NCBI GenBank assembly: GCA_000002445.1
Contig: CP000071.1
Location: 704,001-768,000 of the forward strand
DNA from: Trypanosoma brucei
Taxonomy: Eukaryota
Direction of reading: 5' to 3'
DNA length: 64,000 bases
The notes under the pieces are model-generated. The model saw only the letters and a list, made by a program, of their open reading frames with translations, had not been told where the DNA came from and ran no database searches. This document shows, in pieces, positions 30,185 through 41,993 of this stretch. Every line of letters starts with the position of its first letter. The stretch's first letter is position 1. The position numbers and the translations under genes were made by a program.

Positions 30185-30934
30185 GGGGGTTCGAAAAAGA
30201 AAAGCCGGGTTGTGTTTTTTTTTAAAAAAACACACACACAACAAAAAAATAAGATGGAAATAGCAGACGAAAAGAAAAAGGGGGAGACAGAGGTACCGTC
30301 ACATACCCTCATTGCTATCGGTGTCGTTTGTTAGCTTTCTCCTTTCCTCTAACATTAGTGGTGAAAGGTAGCACAAGACGAATGAAAGCAAAAGAAAAAA
30401 AACAGAGAAACCCCATGTCGTGCCTTGTTTGTTAAGCGACGTGGCTGTGCGTACGCACGCGGTCGGGAAAACAAAAATAAACTTTATCGCAACGAGCAAT
30501 TGTCGAAGATGGGGAAAAACAAAAAACAAAGTACACGAGTCATGGAGTCCGTGTACTCACTGTACCAACAACATGAGTGAGTACATATATATATATTTTT
30601 TTTCCCCCCGTGCAAATCGCTTAGCTACACACAAGAGGAAAAGCAAAAAAAAAAAAAAACGTACTCATACCTATACACAAACGGATTGGAGACTCGTGCA
30701 GCTGGGTTCACCGCCTTATTTGCTGATGACGCGCAAGGCGCCTGTCCATTGGATTAATGCACTGCGTAACTGAACCGATCTAACGTTCAAATGACTCTCT
30801 TACTTCCCCTTCCCTGTTTTGTCGTGACAACAATGATATCTGTTTGCCCTATTTGATAGTCACAACAACGGACGTGGTACAAGATACACCAAAATTCCTC
30901 TAAAGTCTCTTTTCGTACCTTCGTGTAGTAAGCA

Positions 30935-31789
30935 ATGAAAAAGCGAGTGGCGGTCTCCTGCTGCGTGGCGGGTGTCCTGCTTTTTGCAGCAGCAGTAGCC
31001 ATACACCGCACAGCGCCTACCACCATCGAACAAAAAAAGCTCGCGGCATGGGTCTACACCGGATTTAGAAGCGCGACCGAACGCACAAAGGCCACTGTCA
31101 CCGCTCTTGTCCCGGAGCCCATGAAGCCCCATATAAAGCAACTTTTAGCTGGGGCAACGTCAGTGACGTTAGTGGGTCAAGGTTTCCGTAGGATTCCGGG
31201 CATCGCCACCGCAATCAGCGCCTCCGCCCAAACAACAAAGCAACAAAATGTTGTTGAGATAATCATGGCCAAGCCTGTGGATAAGCTCTTGTATGCTGTG
31301 GGCGCTATTTTTGCCCAGGCATTTCTGCTGCGATTACTTGTGAAACCACCGGGTTACTGGGGGCCTGTGAAGGATCAGAAAGTGTGGCGCAACTTCTTCA
31401 CCACGCAGGCAGGCTGGTTTCTGCTTGTTGTTTGTGTAGCGCTTCCAAATTGTGTGGTAGATGCCGGTTTCATCATTACACTGCTCGGTCGCCTGCCATC
31501 AGAAACGTACCTCCCAGCTCTTGTCGTTGGGAAACTTTTACAGCCGTACGTCGCCACAGCGCTGTTCTGCTCGCCAACTTTTGTACGCTGGCTGCCGCAG
31601 GTGTGGAAAGTGATGGATGCCAAGGGAAGCGAGGATGACCAAAGCGGAGCGAAGGTGGTATTTTGGGCTTTGCTAACAACCGCTGTTCTTCTTGCGGGTA
31701 CGAATGGGGTCACTATGTTGTGGCGGCGGGATGGAAGCAATGACGAAGAGGAGGAGTTAGTCCTTGAGGATGCAGAAGCGGAAAACTAA
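30935..31789 (+). CDS. hypothetical membrane protein with N-terminal signal/TM, several hydrophobic segments and an acidic C-tail, 284 aa
   Basis: 'MKKRVAVSCCVAGVLLFAAAVAI' hydrophobic N-terminus, further hydrophobic blocks ('WFLLVVCVALPNCVVDAGFIITLL', 'VVFWALLTTAVLLAG'), and C-terminus 'DEEEELVLEDAEAEN'. Confidence 0.5.
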   Translation: MKKRVAVSCCVAGVLLFAAAVAIHRTAPTTIEQKKLAAWVYTGFRSATERTKATVTALVPEPMKPHIKQLLAGATSVTLVGQGFRRIPGIATAISASAQTTKQQNVVEIIMAKPVDKLLYAVGAIFAQAFLLRLLVKPPGYWGPVKDQKVWRNFFTTQAGWFLLVVCVALPNCVVDAGFIITLLGRLPSETYLPALVVGKLLQPYVATALFCSPTFVRWLPQVWKVMDAKGSEDDQSGAKVVFWALLTTAVLLAGTNGVTMLWRRDGSNDEEEELVLEDAEAEN

Positions 31790-32791
31790 TGTGTAGGGGC
31801 GTAATGCATCCAAGGAATAGACAATATTCGTGTATGTGTGTATATGGAGGGAGGAGGGGTCGACTGGTGGATCCCAGCGTTGTTCAGAAGGGAAACTGTG
31901 CATGCTATGTAGAGGGAAAGGTGGCAATATAGTTGTGTTTATGTATGCACATATATATTATATGTATACTTTAAGAGGTTGAGAATTCAAAAAGGTAAGG
32001 GGTGCAGAGGTTGTTACAGTAGAAGGGCCCTTCCACAAAAAACCACAGACAGCCACGCAGTTATTCTCCAAACTGGAAGCAAAAATAGGAAATGTATGGA
32101 TTGATATCAGCTACGCATGAGAACTGCTCTCGTGCGAACTTCCTGACACTGTGTAAAGGTTTCACACACTGAATGAAAGGGAACTGGGTGTGAAAGAAAT
32201 AATAGAAGTGTAATGAATATGTGCTAAATTTATGTTATGGTGTTTTAGCCCTCTTCCATAAGCGTGTTGGCATGCGGGAAAATTGAGTAAATATGTTTAC
32301 ATAAGCATGGAGGTATATAAATTGGTTGAGGTGTATTGGCATCTTACCACATTACAGATACGAAATGAAGGGATGCGAAAAAAAAAAATAGACATTTAGA
32401 ACAAAGAGAAAGAGAACGCAACGTTAACATTGTTGCGCGCCATCCAACAGTACGCGATGTGCCACGAATATAATGCATATTTGCGTATGAATCTTCCTGG
32501 GTGCGCTTCTCCTCTTCCTCCTTGGTTGGATGATGGGTTGTTTGCTTTCATCCCTGTTGCGTGGCCGCCGGGCCCAACGCTCAGTCATACGTGACTTTAT
32601 AGACCTTGCTCCTTCCTTTTTTTTATTTTTATCTTGTTCCTTCACAACAGCAACAGAAGGATTTAGCATACCAGCGACACTCTAGCGGTGGTACACTCAT
32701 ACAGGCACATATCAGTAGATCAAATCGCTACCAGTGCCAAAAGAAAAGGCATTTGCTTTCGCTTAAGCGCGCCAAACACATTCTGGAGGTC

Positions 32792-33076
32792 ATGCCCATG
32801 CTTCAACCGTACTTTACGAAGAACCCGCAACGCATCACACGGCTGCAGGAGAATTATGATGAAGGTGTTCAGCGCGAGAAAGTACCCGCAGCAGTGCGTG
32901 AGCAACTTGATATCCAATATCTAAACGTAACACCGGAGAAACTTCACTTCTTACACCAGAATGTCATGGGGTCATATAGCCCAGGGGAGAAGAACGAAAA
33001 GGTAAGGAGGTACAATGAACTCCATCCACCCGAGAAGGAGCATAGCCCAAAGTTCTGGGGGAAAATCTTTGCATAG
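32792..33076 (+). CDS. small hypothetical protein, about 94 aa (weak call)
   Basis: The track ORF 32606..33076 starts at TTG inside a T-rich tract; the first ATG is at 32792 ('MPMLQPYFTKNPQ'). Composition is non-repetitive after that. No homology recognised. Confidence 0.25.
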   Translation: MPMLQPYFTKNPQRITRLQENYDEGVQREKVPAAVREQLDIQYLNVTPEKLHFLHQNVMGSYSPGEKNEKVRRYNELHPPEKEHSPKFWGKIFA

Positions 33077-33565
33077 TGAAATGAACTCAAGAGGATGAAA
33101 GAAAGTATCATAGCCGCGTCCCGTGGAAAGAAAATGGGGGTAAGGTATGAAAAGCAAATCAACGAAAAATTACCTTTTAAAAGAACAATAGGTGCGTAAA
33201 AGGAAGACCAGATTTCTGGTGGAATGGAATACATACATGTAAATGCTTAGATGAAAAGGGTATGTGAGAATGCCAATGTCAGAGCGTACGTTAATGCCTC
33301 TTTGTCTTATTTTCCCCCTCATGGTTGGTGTGCCTTCCAGTTGTTTTTATTTATGACCCTCTGTGTTAGCGTTATTTTTTGCAAGGTTCATATATATATG
33401 TATATCCATATAACCGTTTCTAGTGCCGTGTGGCTGGGAAACTTATACTTGACAAGTGTTCTTCACCATTTAACTGATGTTCCCCCCTTCTCTACTTGAT
33501 TTGTTTAGCATCTGTACGTCCTCGTCAGAGACTGACTCGTTTGTGAAGAAATACGGTTGCCCTCA

Positions 33566-34573
33566 ATGATGATTTCCCAAAGTCATTCGCCGTTCACGGA
33601 AGCGGGCGGTTTCGCTGCCGCAGTAACCCTTCTTTTTACGGCGATGGGAATGGTGATACTTTCCAGTCACCTGATGCCACTAACTGGCACACGAGTATTG
33701 GAACTGAGTAGTAAAATTCACTTGACGATGGCCGCTGGCACGTTTCTTCTGCTCCGCTTTGCTCTCATTGCTCCTTTTGGTAAGCATTCGGGGCTAAGTA
33801 CAGTGCGAATCCGAGTGCCTGCATTGTTGTCATGGTCCCTGCAGGAGTGCCCCACCCTTCTGAGCATCATTTACTACATCGTGGTGGAATATCCATGTTA
33901 TGTGCATCAGTGTAACCCTCTGCAGTGGTTACACATGATTCTAGATCGTCCCTCTATGGAGGTTACGACAACGGTTGCCTCGGCGGCTCCTACACTTCGC
34001 TTAGGCCTATTGTTTTTCGCTGTTCACTACTTCAACCGCAGCGTATTGTATCCACTGCGGGTTGCAAACCATGGGACATCCGTGCCGTTGCACATAACGC
34101 TGAGTGCTATGCTGTACTGTGCTCTAAATGGCCGGCTGCAGTTGCTGGCCAACATCGATAGCGTTGACGCGTCTCAAAGACTTGTTGTTGACTCCACATG
34201 GCAAACGATACTTACTATTCTCGGTGCTGTCATTTTCTTTGCTGGAATGCTTGTAAACGTTACAAGCGATTGTTATCTTATCCGACTAAAGAAGCGGCCT
34301 CCGCTAGGCGCATACAAAATCCCATACGGTGGTCTTTTCGTGTTTGTCAGCTGCGCCAACTTCTTCGGGGAGATTGTGGAGTGGTTTGGCTACGTCGCAG
34401 TTGTGTACGGAACAAATGGAACTGTTGCAGGACTCGCAGCCTTAAGTTTCGCCGCGTATGTCGTTGCTAATCTCCTCCCCCGTGCTTACGCTCATCATCA
34501 GTGGTACATTCAGCACTTTGGTGCTGAGTACACAGCGCTTCAACGCCGTGCGGTGATACCATTCGTGTACTGA
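33566..34573 (+). CDS. 3-oxo-5-alpha-steroid 4-dehydrogenase (steroid 5-alpha-reductase / polyprenol-reductase / TECR) family membrane protein, about 335 aa
   Basis: C-terminal family motifs 'SDCYLIRLKKRPPLGAYKIPYGGLFVFVSCANFFGEIVEWFGYVAV' and 'HHQWYIQHFGAEYTALQRRAVIPFVY', plus multiple TM segments. The track start is TTG 33557; first ATG is 33566. Confidence 0.75.
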   Translation: MMISQSHSPFTEAGGFAAAVTLLFTAMGMVILSSHLMPLTGTRVLELSSKIHLTMAAGTFLLLRFALIAPFGKHSGLSTVRIRVPALLSWSLQECPTLLSIIYYIVVEYPCYVHQCNPLQWLHMILDRPSMEVTTTVASAAPTLRLGLLFFAVHYFNRSVLYPLRVANHGTSVPLHITLSAMLYCALNGRLQLLANIDSVDASQRLVVDSTWQTILTILGAVIFFAGMLVNVTSDCYLIRLKKRPPLGAYKIPYGGLFVFVSCANFFGEIVEWFGYVAVVYGTNGTVAGLAALSFAAYVVANLLPRAYAHHQWYIQHFGAEYTALQRRAVIPFVY

Positions 34574-35774
34574 AATGTGGGCGCTGCAGTGTATTGCACT
34601 AGACACCCTAATACTGCATCTTTTCTGTCTTTTTTTTTTTATCATCATGTAATTTTTTTTATTGGTTTAATTCTGTTAGTGTGGTCAGCACAGTTCTTCC
34701 TTTCTCTCTCGTTCCCTCTTGCCATTCACTCACTTGAGCGTCGTGGCAAGGGAAATGAATTTACTATTGGTTTTTGTTTTATTTATTGTCTCTACGTCAG
34801 ACACGTGCATTCCCACACACACATACATACACTTGTTTTTCTTGGCATGTGGGAGAAAGGCAGCACACGCCGTGCATTCCTGAATCCAAAGCCTAATTAA
34901 GCATCGATGGGCGAATTGCTTCAACCTTTGGTTAATGTTGCAGCCTAACAAAATAACCGCCGCGACGCAAAAGCAATTTGACATCTAGTTTCTGTACGTT
35001 ACAGCGGAACGTTCTGCGAAACCGTAGCGTGATGCGGATACGAACAGCTGAACGAGATGATGGGAAGTAGAAGAAAGCGTGGATTTCGCGCTGCTGTGAT
35101 GCGATGTATGGGGAATTATTGCTTCCTGAAGCGCCCCAATCACAGTAATCTATTAGTTTGTTTGTTTTGTTTCATTTTGTTTTTATCTAACACTAGAAGC
35201 AGACTATTTACTTTTCTTTTATTACAATCCGTTGTTGTTCTGGTTTACGATATAATGCCTCGTAACGGGGGAAACAACTGACGATACCGTATCAACAGTC
35301 GTGCGGCAGCCCTCCATCATCTCCATGCCCGCTTCTTTGATGCTGCTATTGCTGTTTTTTTTTCTTATTGTTCTCTCCCTTTTACTAAGTATCACATGGT
35401 AGTTTATTCCGGCTCACACGCAAGTGGTACCCGCAGATGTTAATTCTTTAGCGTTGTAGCGTTTTTTCCACGTAAAGTGAATTCCTCTCCCGTGAGGGGG
35501 GGGGCGAGGGGACGATTGCAAGACGGATGAAACAGGAACCCTGTCAGGTGCCTTATGCTTTGTTTCATCTGCAATGTGAAAAGTCACTTCGACTATATTT
35601 TACTGTTTTCATAGTGATTATTTACGATTCACTTCATTGTGTTTTGTTACTGTTCTAACCATTGTATCCCACCGTCTCACTCCTTTTGTGGTGTAATACC
35701 CTCAGCAAGACTGAACAATAAGCTTTGCCAGCTGATAAGGGAAGGAGTTGCAGCGCCACCTGCACTGTACTTAT

Positions 35775-36707
35775 ATGCCAGTGTTTGAGAACAAGCATCT
35801 CCTCCGCGTCTTGCAACCCCCACAGCAACTGGCGCAGAACTTTGTAGCGTACTGCAAGGCACATCAGGTGCTTACTCGTGGTTTATGTCGTGTCGGCAAA
35901 ACAAAGCGCGGTGAACTGAGGGGCCTCATTGCCAACAAGGATATAAAGAAGGATGACAACATTGTGATGCTCTCAGAGCGGGCTTGTCTGCACCCGGGGA
36001 GGGCACTAAAGTGTGAAAGGTTTCTCGCCATCTTTCCGCAGAATGTTAAGGAGATGCTTTTACAGAATCCGTTATTTGTTCAGAACAGTCGTGTGGCCGA
36101 ACGCTCGATTATTCGGCATAATCAGTTTTTACTAGCGTGCTACATGACGTACTTGATTCTTCGCAACGATGAGAATGCAGAGGGCCAAGCGCTCAAGTAC
36201 ATCAACTTCATGCCTCGCAACGAGGGTAACTTTGAGCAGCTCATTAGCAACATGAACGGGGTACTTGACGGAGCTGCGGCGTGCCAGTCAGCGCAAGCGG
36301 CTCTTTCTTTGCAGTTTGGTATCACGCAGGCTGAGGTGCGACCGCTCCTACAGTGGTCCATGGCCATGATCTTTAGCCGTATGGCACCCATTGATCACCG
36401 TTGGACATTGCAGTGTGCATTTAAAAATACGCCTTTCGCGCCGGCTTTTGATATTCGGGGGCCAGATGACGATGCAAATATGGTTAAGGAACCCATCGCC
36501 TTTTTGTGTCCCGTCATCGACATGTGCAACCACAGCGATCACGAAAATGTCGCTCTTATGGTGCCCCAGCGCACTGACTCATCGCATGAATCGGTAATTT
36601 GCTTGCGCTCGCTTCGGGATATTGACCGCGGGGAGGAGCTCACTATGACGTACGGTGGATCGCCAACGGAGCTACGTGTTATATGGGGAATGCAACGCGT
36701 TTTGTGA
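35775..36707 (+). CDS. SET-domain protein, putative protein-lysine methyltransferase, about 310 aa
   Basis: 'ELRGLIANKDIKKDDNIVMLSERACL' is a SET N-region-like segment, 'CPVIDMCNHSDHENVALMV' carries the NHS motif, and 'IDRGEELTMTYG' is the post-SET-proximal ELxxxYG motif. The track start is TTG 35748; first ATG is 35775. Confidence 0.55.
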   Translation: MPVFENKHLLRVLQPPQQLAQNFVAYCKAHQVLTRGLCRVGKTKRGELRGLIANKDIKKDDNIVMLSERACLHPGRALKCERFLAIFPQNVKEMLLQNPLFVQNSRVAERSIIRHNQFLLACYMTYLILRNDENAEGQALKYINFMPRNEGNFEQLISNMNGVLDGAAACQSAQAALSLQFGITQAEVRPLLQWSMAMIFSRMAPIDHRWTLQCAFKNTPFAPAFDIRGPDDDANMVKEPIAFLCPVIDMCNHSDHENVALMVPQRTDSSHESVICLRSLRDIDRGEELTMTYGGSPTELRVIWGMQRVL

Positions 36708-37127
36708 GTCGCGTAAGGACAAGGCGGTGTTGAGGGGGAAAGAGCGAGGTGTTAGTGGGGTCGGGCTGAGTTATTCCATTTATCGTAAGCACTCCTTAAC
36801 CACGAGGGGACAACCCCGTTTGCCATGACTATGGCGTTTGGTTGTTTACATTTGTTCCTGAGGGAGGTTATTAAGCATTGCTGTTTCTCGTGTTTCTGTG
36901 CCACCCTCCCTCCCGAGCACGCGAGCGCGTTCATTTTCAACGGCACCCCCACCCCTCCTTCTGTCACACACAATGTATGTTTCGATCACGTGTGTATCAC
37001 TAGCCACTGAAGGGTATTCAGCGCAGTTGGAGGCAGCGGCTCGCCAGATCTGTCCACAGCTGCTCAGGCGCTGGTGGTTACATGCGTCAAGGTGAAGGGC
37101 AAAGCGACCGCTTGCGACCGCTCGTAG

Positions 37128-37895
37128 ATGCACTTTCCCAGTATCGTGTTTAGACGGCACGGAGGTCGCCAGTGGATGCAGCAGCAGAGCCGTGACCCGT
37201 TCGTCTTGGAGGCGCGTCGGCGCGGATACGTTGCGCGCAGCGCCTTTAAACTATTGGAAATGGACGATAAGTTCACACTCTTTTCCAGAGGCAACACACG
37301 TGTTGTGGTGGACATTGGTTGCAGTCCTGGAAGTTGGCTGCAGGTCATACGCGAGCGGTGCGGGGACAAGTGTGCCGTTTTTGGTGTTGATGTGTTGCGT
37401 GTGGCCTCCACAGTCACTGGAGCAGTGTGCATCCAAGGTGACTTTACAAACCCAGCGGTACGCGAGGAGCTTCTCGCCCGCATGGTGACCGTTCGTGCGG
37501 CGGGGGTGGTGGACGTCGTAACATCGGACATGTGCCTTAACCGAGGTACAGGCAGTACGTCCGACAGGCAGAAGCAAGAGGAACTTAACCGGTCGGCACT
37601 AGCCTTTGCCTTGGAGCAGTTGGTACCAGGCGGGAATTTTGTGTGTAAGGTGCTTGGGTCTCCCACAGCCTACGAGGAGCTGCGAAGGGATACGTGTCGG
37701 TGGTTTGTGCGGACGGATATCTGCAAACCTTCTTCGAGTCGACTCACAAGTGACGAAGCATTCATGGTATGCCGGGGGAAACGTGAGATACCTCGTGATC
37801 GAAGTGGCGGATGTGATGGGACCTACGGCGGCCGATTTGGGTTGGACGATTGGCCAGGCCAACTGCGGGGCTCACCACGGCGACGCAAGCCGTAG
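37128..37895 (+). CDS. FtsJ/RrmJ-family ribosomal RNA 2'-O-methyltransferase, probably mitochondrial, 255 aa (possibly 239 aa from Met17)
   Basis: 'GYVARSAFKLLEMDDKFTLFSRGNTRVVVDIGCSPGSWLQV' matches the FtsJ N-terminal SAM-binding signature (RSRAAFKL...VVDLGAAPGGWSQV). The downstream 'DVVTSDM' fits the catalytic-region pattern. Confidence 0.8.
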   Translation: MHFPSIVFRRHGGRQWMQQQSRDPFVLEARRRGYVARSAFKLLEMDDKFTLFSRGNTRVVVDIGCSPGSWLQVIRERCGDKCAVFGVDVLRVASTVTGAVCIQGDFTNPAVREELLARMVTVRAAGVVDVVTSDMCLNRGTGSTSDRQKQEELNRSALAFALEQLVPGGNFVCKVLGSPTAYEELRRDTCRWFVRTDICKPSSSRLTSDEAFMVCRGKREIPRDRSGGCDGTYGGRFGLDDWPGQLRGSPRRRKP

Positions 37896-38191
37896 AGCCG
37901 GTTAGCTGTGGCGAAGCAAGGGAACAAGGTGGGTCCTAATAGTGTTTCTACCGACAGGACGTGAAGCTCTGGTGCCTGCCGTTGCAGCAGGCGAGAACTC
38001 CATCCCACGCCACCCCTACATATGCGCATGCACCTTTCCCTTCACCACCGTTGACATTTTTGTTTTCCGGTGGGTGTAAAAGATACTCCGAACAGGCAAC
38101 CAACTCTTTCTGCGCTGGACCCGCACGCATGTGACTTGACTTCTCCATGTTACCTGGTAAACTCTTTAAAAGTACAGTTAAGGAAACTGAT

Positions 38192-38920
38192 ATGAGCATT
38201 TCATGTTCCCTGGCCGTTTTCCTGGTAGTCTACGCGTTGGGCTGCTGGGCTGACGGCACTCAGACGCGGGACAGGCCTTTCATGTATGCTGACAGCGTGC
38301 CTGCGCTTGCCCCGGGAGAAGTCCGAAGGAACGAAGCAATGCGCTTTCCATCGACGCTGGAAACGGAAGTGCGCCAGCGCTATGTGTTGACGAACATGCA
38401 AAGGGACGTGTACTATATTGCTCATCTTAGCTATCTCGGTTCCCCATCTATCATGTACAATCTCCATCTAACGCGTTTGCCACGTGCCACGGTCGGGGAA
38501 CTCCAACAGAAGAACCAAGCTGGCCCTGGTCAGCGGCATCTGTCCGATGTGAATCGAATGTACGTGAAGGCGCGCAAAGATGTCTTGCTCTTTGATTTCT
38601 TGGGAGGTGAAGGAGAGGTTGACAACGGTGATCACGACCCAGCAAATGATGATAGCTTTGTACCAGTTCTCGAGGTGCGCGGATATCGCAACGGCTTTCC
38701 GCACGAACCGGAGAAGTGGAAGGATTTCCGATACAACATCCGATTGGATGTCGTTGGAAGGGCCGATGGCCTCACAATGGCTATCATGTGGAATGTTGTC
38801 ACCGTGATTGTGATGGGAGTGTTTGTGATTGGCTTTGCCGCCCCGTGGGTCATCAGTACCGCTGCCGGGGATACAACCAATCAGCGGTCTCGGCGCGACT
38901 TCCTCATATTTTTTTGGTAG
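38192..38920 (+). CDS. hypothetical type-I membrane protein with signal peptide, ectodomain, single C-terminal TM and a short tail, about 242 aa
   Basis: The track ORF starts at ATG 38147, but the signal-peptide-like 'MSISCSLAVFLVVYALGCWA' begins at ATG 38192. The C-terminal hydrophobic stretch is 'LTMAIMWNVVTVIVMGVFVIGFAAPWVI'. Confidence 0.45.
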   Translation: MSISCSLAVFLVVYALGCWADGTQTRDRPFMYADSVPALAPGEVRRNEAMRFPSTLETEVRQRYVLTNMQRDVYYIAHLSYLGSPSIMYNLHLTRLPRATVGELQQKNQAGPGQRHLSDVNRMYVKARKDVLLFDFLGGEGEVDNGDHDPANDDSFVPVLEVRGYRNGFPHEPEKWKDFRYNIRLDVVGRADGLTMAIMWNVVTVIVMGVFVIGFAAPWVISTAAGDTTNQRSRRDFLIFFW

Positions 38921-39394
38921 TTGTTGATTCAATCTCCAGTCAGAATAGGAAGCTGGGCAATTCACCACTCGGAAAAAAAGTACGACGAACATGAAGAGTC
39001 GGTGGCCAAAAAAAAAAAAGTAGTTGGGGTGCGGTGTATTGGTGGCTGAAACATGTATTTCAAAATATACTTAAACTTCACCCGCAGTTTATGGCCAAAC
39101 TACCACCACCGCCACCAAGCGCACATTTTCCCCGTCTTTGTCTCAAATTTGCTGATTTTTTTTCAGTTTCGACAAGGAGGCAAATAAGCGTAATAGGACC
39201 GCTGCGGCACACAGAAGGCACCATAAACGTGGCGTACAGGATCATAGTAACGCAAAGGCACGCTCGCTTTAAAGTAGTGCTATAGCCCTAAGAACAGAGA
39301 GCTTTCGTGATAAGGGGGGGGGAGAGAATCGGGTAACGTAACAAGACGTAATTTTTTGTATTTCGTCCAAATCGCGGGTGGTGATAAATTCAAC

Positions 39395-41416
39395 ATGCGT
39401 GACACAGGTCGCTGCAGCGGCCATAATGATGACGTAGTAGACCCCGTAACAAGCAACGGTGCTATGTCGCATGTCGGCCCTGATCTTGCACACCGTCAGG
39501 CACTTTACGAGGAGTCGGTTCGTGACCCCGTGGCCTTCTGGGAACAGGCCGCCGCTGACTTCCATTGGGAAAGAACTTGGCCCAAGGACAAATCGCCCCT
39601 GGAGTACAATTTCCACAAAAGCAATGGCAGCATTTTCGTCAAATGGTTCGACGGGGCAGAGTCGAACATGTGCTACAACGCTCTCGACCGGCATCTACCG
39701 AAACATAAGGACCGCGTGTGCTACCACTGGGAAGGTAATGATGAGGGAGAGAGTCGCGATGTGACGTACGGTGAGATGTTCGAGGAAGTCGTGCGTATCG
39801 CCGCAGTGCTGAAGCACCGCTACAATGTCAAGAAGGGCGACGTGGTCACCATATATCTACCGATGATACCCTTCGCCGCGCAGGTGATGCTCGCAGTGGC
39901 ACGCCTCGGCGCCGTCACCTCAGTCGTGTTCGCTGGCTTTTCGTCGCAGGCTGTTGCGAGCCGCCTGACAGACGCGAGGAGTAAACTCATCATCACTGCG
40001 GACAGCTTCTGGCGTGGCACCAAAACACTCCTACTGAAAGAGCTCAGTGACGCCGCGCTCGCCATTTGTGAGGCAGAGGGCCACAACGTCCAGTGCCTCG
40101 TGTACGATCGGTCCAAACGGGAAAATGTTCCCATGACAGAGGGCCGCGATGCGTGGTACAGCGACGTTGTAGAGACCCTCACGGCAAGTGAGCTCGCGGA
40201 TTGCCCCATTGTATGGATTGGGGCGGAGGATCCGCTTTTCCTCTTGTACACCTCTGGCAGCACTGGTAAACCCAAGGCAATCTTGCATACGCTGGGAGGT
40301 TACATGGTGTACGCCGGAGTCACCTTTAAGTACAGCTTTGACTACCACGAAAGTGATGTGTCGTTTTGTACAGCAGATATCGGGTGGATCACTGGCCACT
40401 CGTACGCACTGTATGGTCCGATGCTGAATGCCGCCACATCGGTACTGTTTGAGGGCATGCCAACGCACCCAACTCCGTCCCGCTGGTGGGATTTGGTAGA
40501 CAAGTACCGCGTTACGATCTTCTACACGGCTCCAACGGCTATACGGGCACTCATGCAGTGCGGTGATGAACATCTGCAGTCCACAACGCGGGGGACGCTG
40601 CGCATTCTTGGTAGCGTAGGGGAACCCATCAACGCAGAGGCGTGGCAGTGGTTTTATGAGGTGGTTGGTAAGCGCAGGGCGGACGTAATTGACACGTGGT
40701 GGCAAACGGAGACGGGTGGCCACCTCATTACCCCACTTCCTGGATGCACACCAATGAAGGCCGGAAGCGCCACCCTTCCTTTCTTTGGAATTGTTCCGGC
40801 GTTGCTTCATCCGACGACGAATGCAGTTGTTGAGGGTGAAGGTGAGGGACTTCTTGCTATGCAGACCCCCTGGCCAGGTATCGCACGCACCATCTTTGGT
40901 GACCACAACCGCTACGAGCAGGCATATTTTGCTGTGGATGGCTTTTATCTGACGGGTGATGGGGCTCGTCGGGACAAGGATGGTTACTACTGGATTACGG
41001 GCCGCGTGGATGACGTACTAAACGTCAGTGGTCATCGTATAGGAACGAGCGAGGTGGAGGAAGCGGTGAACAGCCATCCCGATGTCGCAGAAAGCGCTGC
41101 TGTTGGCATCCCACATGACGTGAAGGGTGAGTGCATCTACGTGTTTGTTACGTTCAACAACAATGTGACTGTGGACGCTACGTTGCTGAAAAGGGTGAGA
41201 GAAACAGTTCGCCGAGTCATTGGTCCATTCGCTGCCCCTGATTACGTCCAGGCAGCGCAGTGTGGGTTACCCAAGACACGCTCGGGAAAGATTATGCGTC
41301 GCATCCTTCGTAAGATTGCGTCTGGGTTGCATGAAGAGTTGGGTGACACCTCAACGCTCTTGGATCCGAGTGTTGTGCAAAACCTCATAGAAGGGAGGAA
41401 GCAAACAGTGGGGTGA
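39395..41416 (+). CDS. ACS: acetyl-CoA synthetase (acetate-CoA ligase, AMP-forming), about 673 aa
   Basis: Colinear ACS hallmarks: 'DPVAFWEQAA', 'TIYLPMIPFAAQVMLAVARLGAVTSVVF', AMP-binding motif 'LLYTSGSTGKPKAI', 'WWQTETGG', 'YLTGDGARRDKDGYYWITGRVDDVLNVSGHRIGTSEVEE' and C-terminal 'LPKTRSGKIMRRILRKIA'. The track start is TTG 39356; the first ATGs are 39395 and 39464, and the 5' boundary is uncertain between them. Confidence 0.9.
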   Translation: MRDTGRCSGHNDDVVDPVTSNGAMSHVGPDLAHRQALYEESVRDPVAFWEQAAADFHWERTWPKDKSPLEYNFHKSNGSIFVKWFDGAESNMCYNALDRHLPKHKDRVCYHWEGNDEGESRDVTYGEMFEEVVRIAAVLKHRYNVKKGDVVTIYLPMIPFAAQVMLAVARLGAVTSVVFAGFSSQAVASRLTDARSKLIITADSFWRGTKTLLLKELSDAALAICEAEGHNVQCLVYDRSKRENVPMTEGRDAWYSDVVETLTASELADCPIVWIGAEDPLFLLYTSGSTGKPKAILHTLGGYMVYAGVTFKYSFDYHESDVSFCTADIGWITGHSYALYGPMLNAATSVLFEGMPTHPTPSRWWDLVDKYRVTIFYTAPTAIRALMQCGDEHLQSTTRGTLRILGSVGEPINAEAWQWFYEVVGKRRADVIDTWWQTETGGHLITPLPGCTPMKAGSATLPFFGIVPALLHPTTNAVVEGEGEGLLAMQTPWPGIARTIFGDHNRYEQAYFAVDGFYLTGDGARRDKDGYYWITGRVDDVLNVSGHRIGTSEVEEAVNSHPDVAESAAVGIPHDVKGECIYVFVTFNNNVTVDATLLKRVRETVRRVIGPFAAPDYVQAAQCGLPKTRSGKIMRRILRKIASGLHEELGDTSTLLDPSVVQNLIEGRKQTVG

Positions 41417-41993
41417 TGAGCACTCCATGGCGAGTGGAAAGTAATGGAAAGGCATGAGAACTCCCGAAGCCTAGGCCGAGTAGGCTGAAGGTACCTCATG
41501 CAAATTAATATAGGCGTGGGTACCAACGAAAGACGGAGAAAAGACGTCCAAGGAACAAAGGAAAACGGGGATGGGGATGGGGCCACGAACGGTAACACTG
41601 CGGCAGAATGGGTGCTCTTTTACATCGCTCGTTTGCTTCGTTTCCGACCTTGTTTTTGTTGGTGCTAGCTGTAGTTGTCTAATCAAAAAGTTAAAGAAAA
41701 AAAAGAAAGGAAACTAAGTGCGGAACTTCGCACCTGCGGTAGGGCAGATGTCGGTCGTTTTAGGCTCCGGTGCATCTCTCTTTCTTCCGTCTCCCGTCTG
41801 TTTGACCCCATACAGTCCGTTTCCGTGTGAAAGGTCCCTACACGAATACCGTGGCATTGAGGAAAGAAATAAATGTGGAAGGTATTGAAACAGGGAGGCA
41901 AACGCCTGACCAGCCATTATGTGACACGATCATTGTTTTGGTGGAGGGGGAGGCGAAGGGGTAGGCGAAATGAGAGAGGTGTCACTCGTTATT

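Noticed and set aside
35495-35503. G9 run and nearby G-rich motifs (also 20278-20297), considered as G-quadruplex elements
   Set aside because: They are single short G-runs without four spaced G-tracts, so they are unlikely to be stable G4 structures. I treat them as ordinary UTR low complexity.
40031-40906. 291-aa minus-strand ORF (and many similar ones, for example 566..934, 25097..25693, 62224..62910, 63663..63956) lying antisense inside strongly supported + strand genes
   Set aside because: These lie fully antisense to CDSs with clear homology (ACS, coiled-coil, UTP7, MetE), have no recognisable motifs, and kinetoplastid transcription units are unidirectional. They are antisense-frame artefacts of GC-balanced coding DNA.
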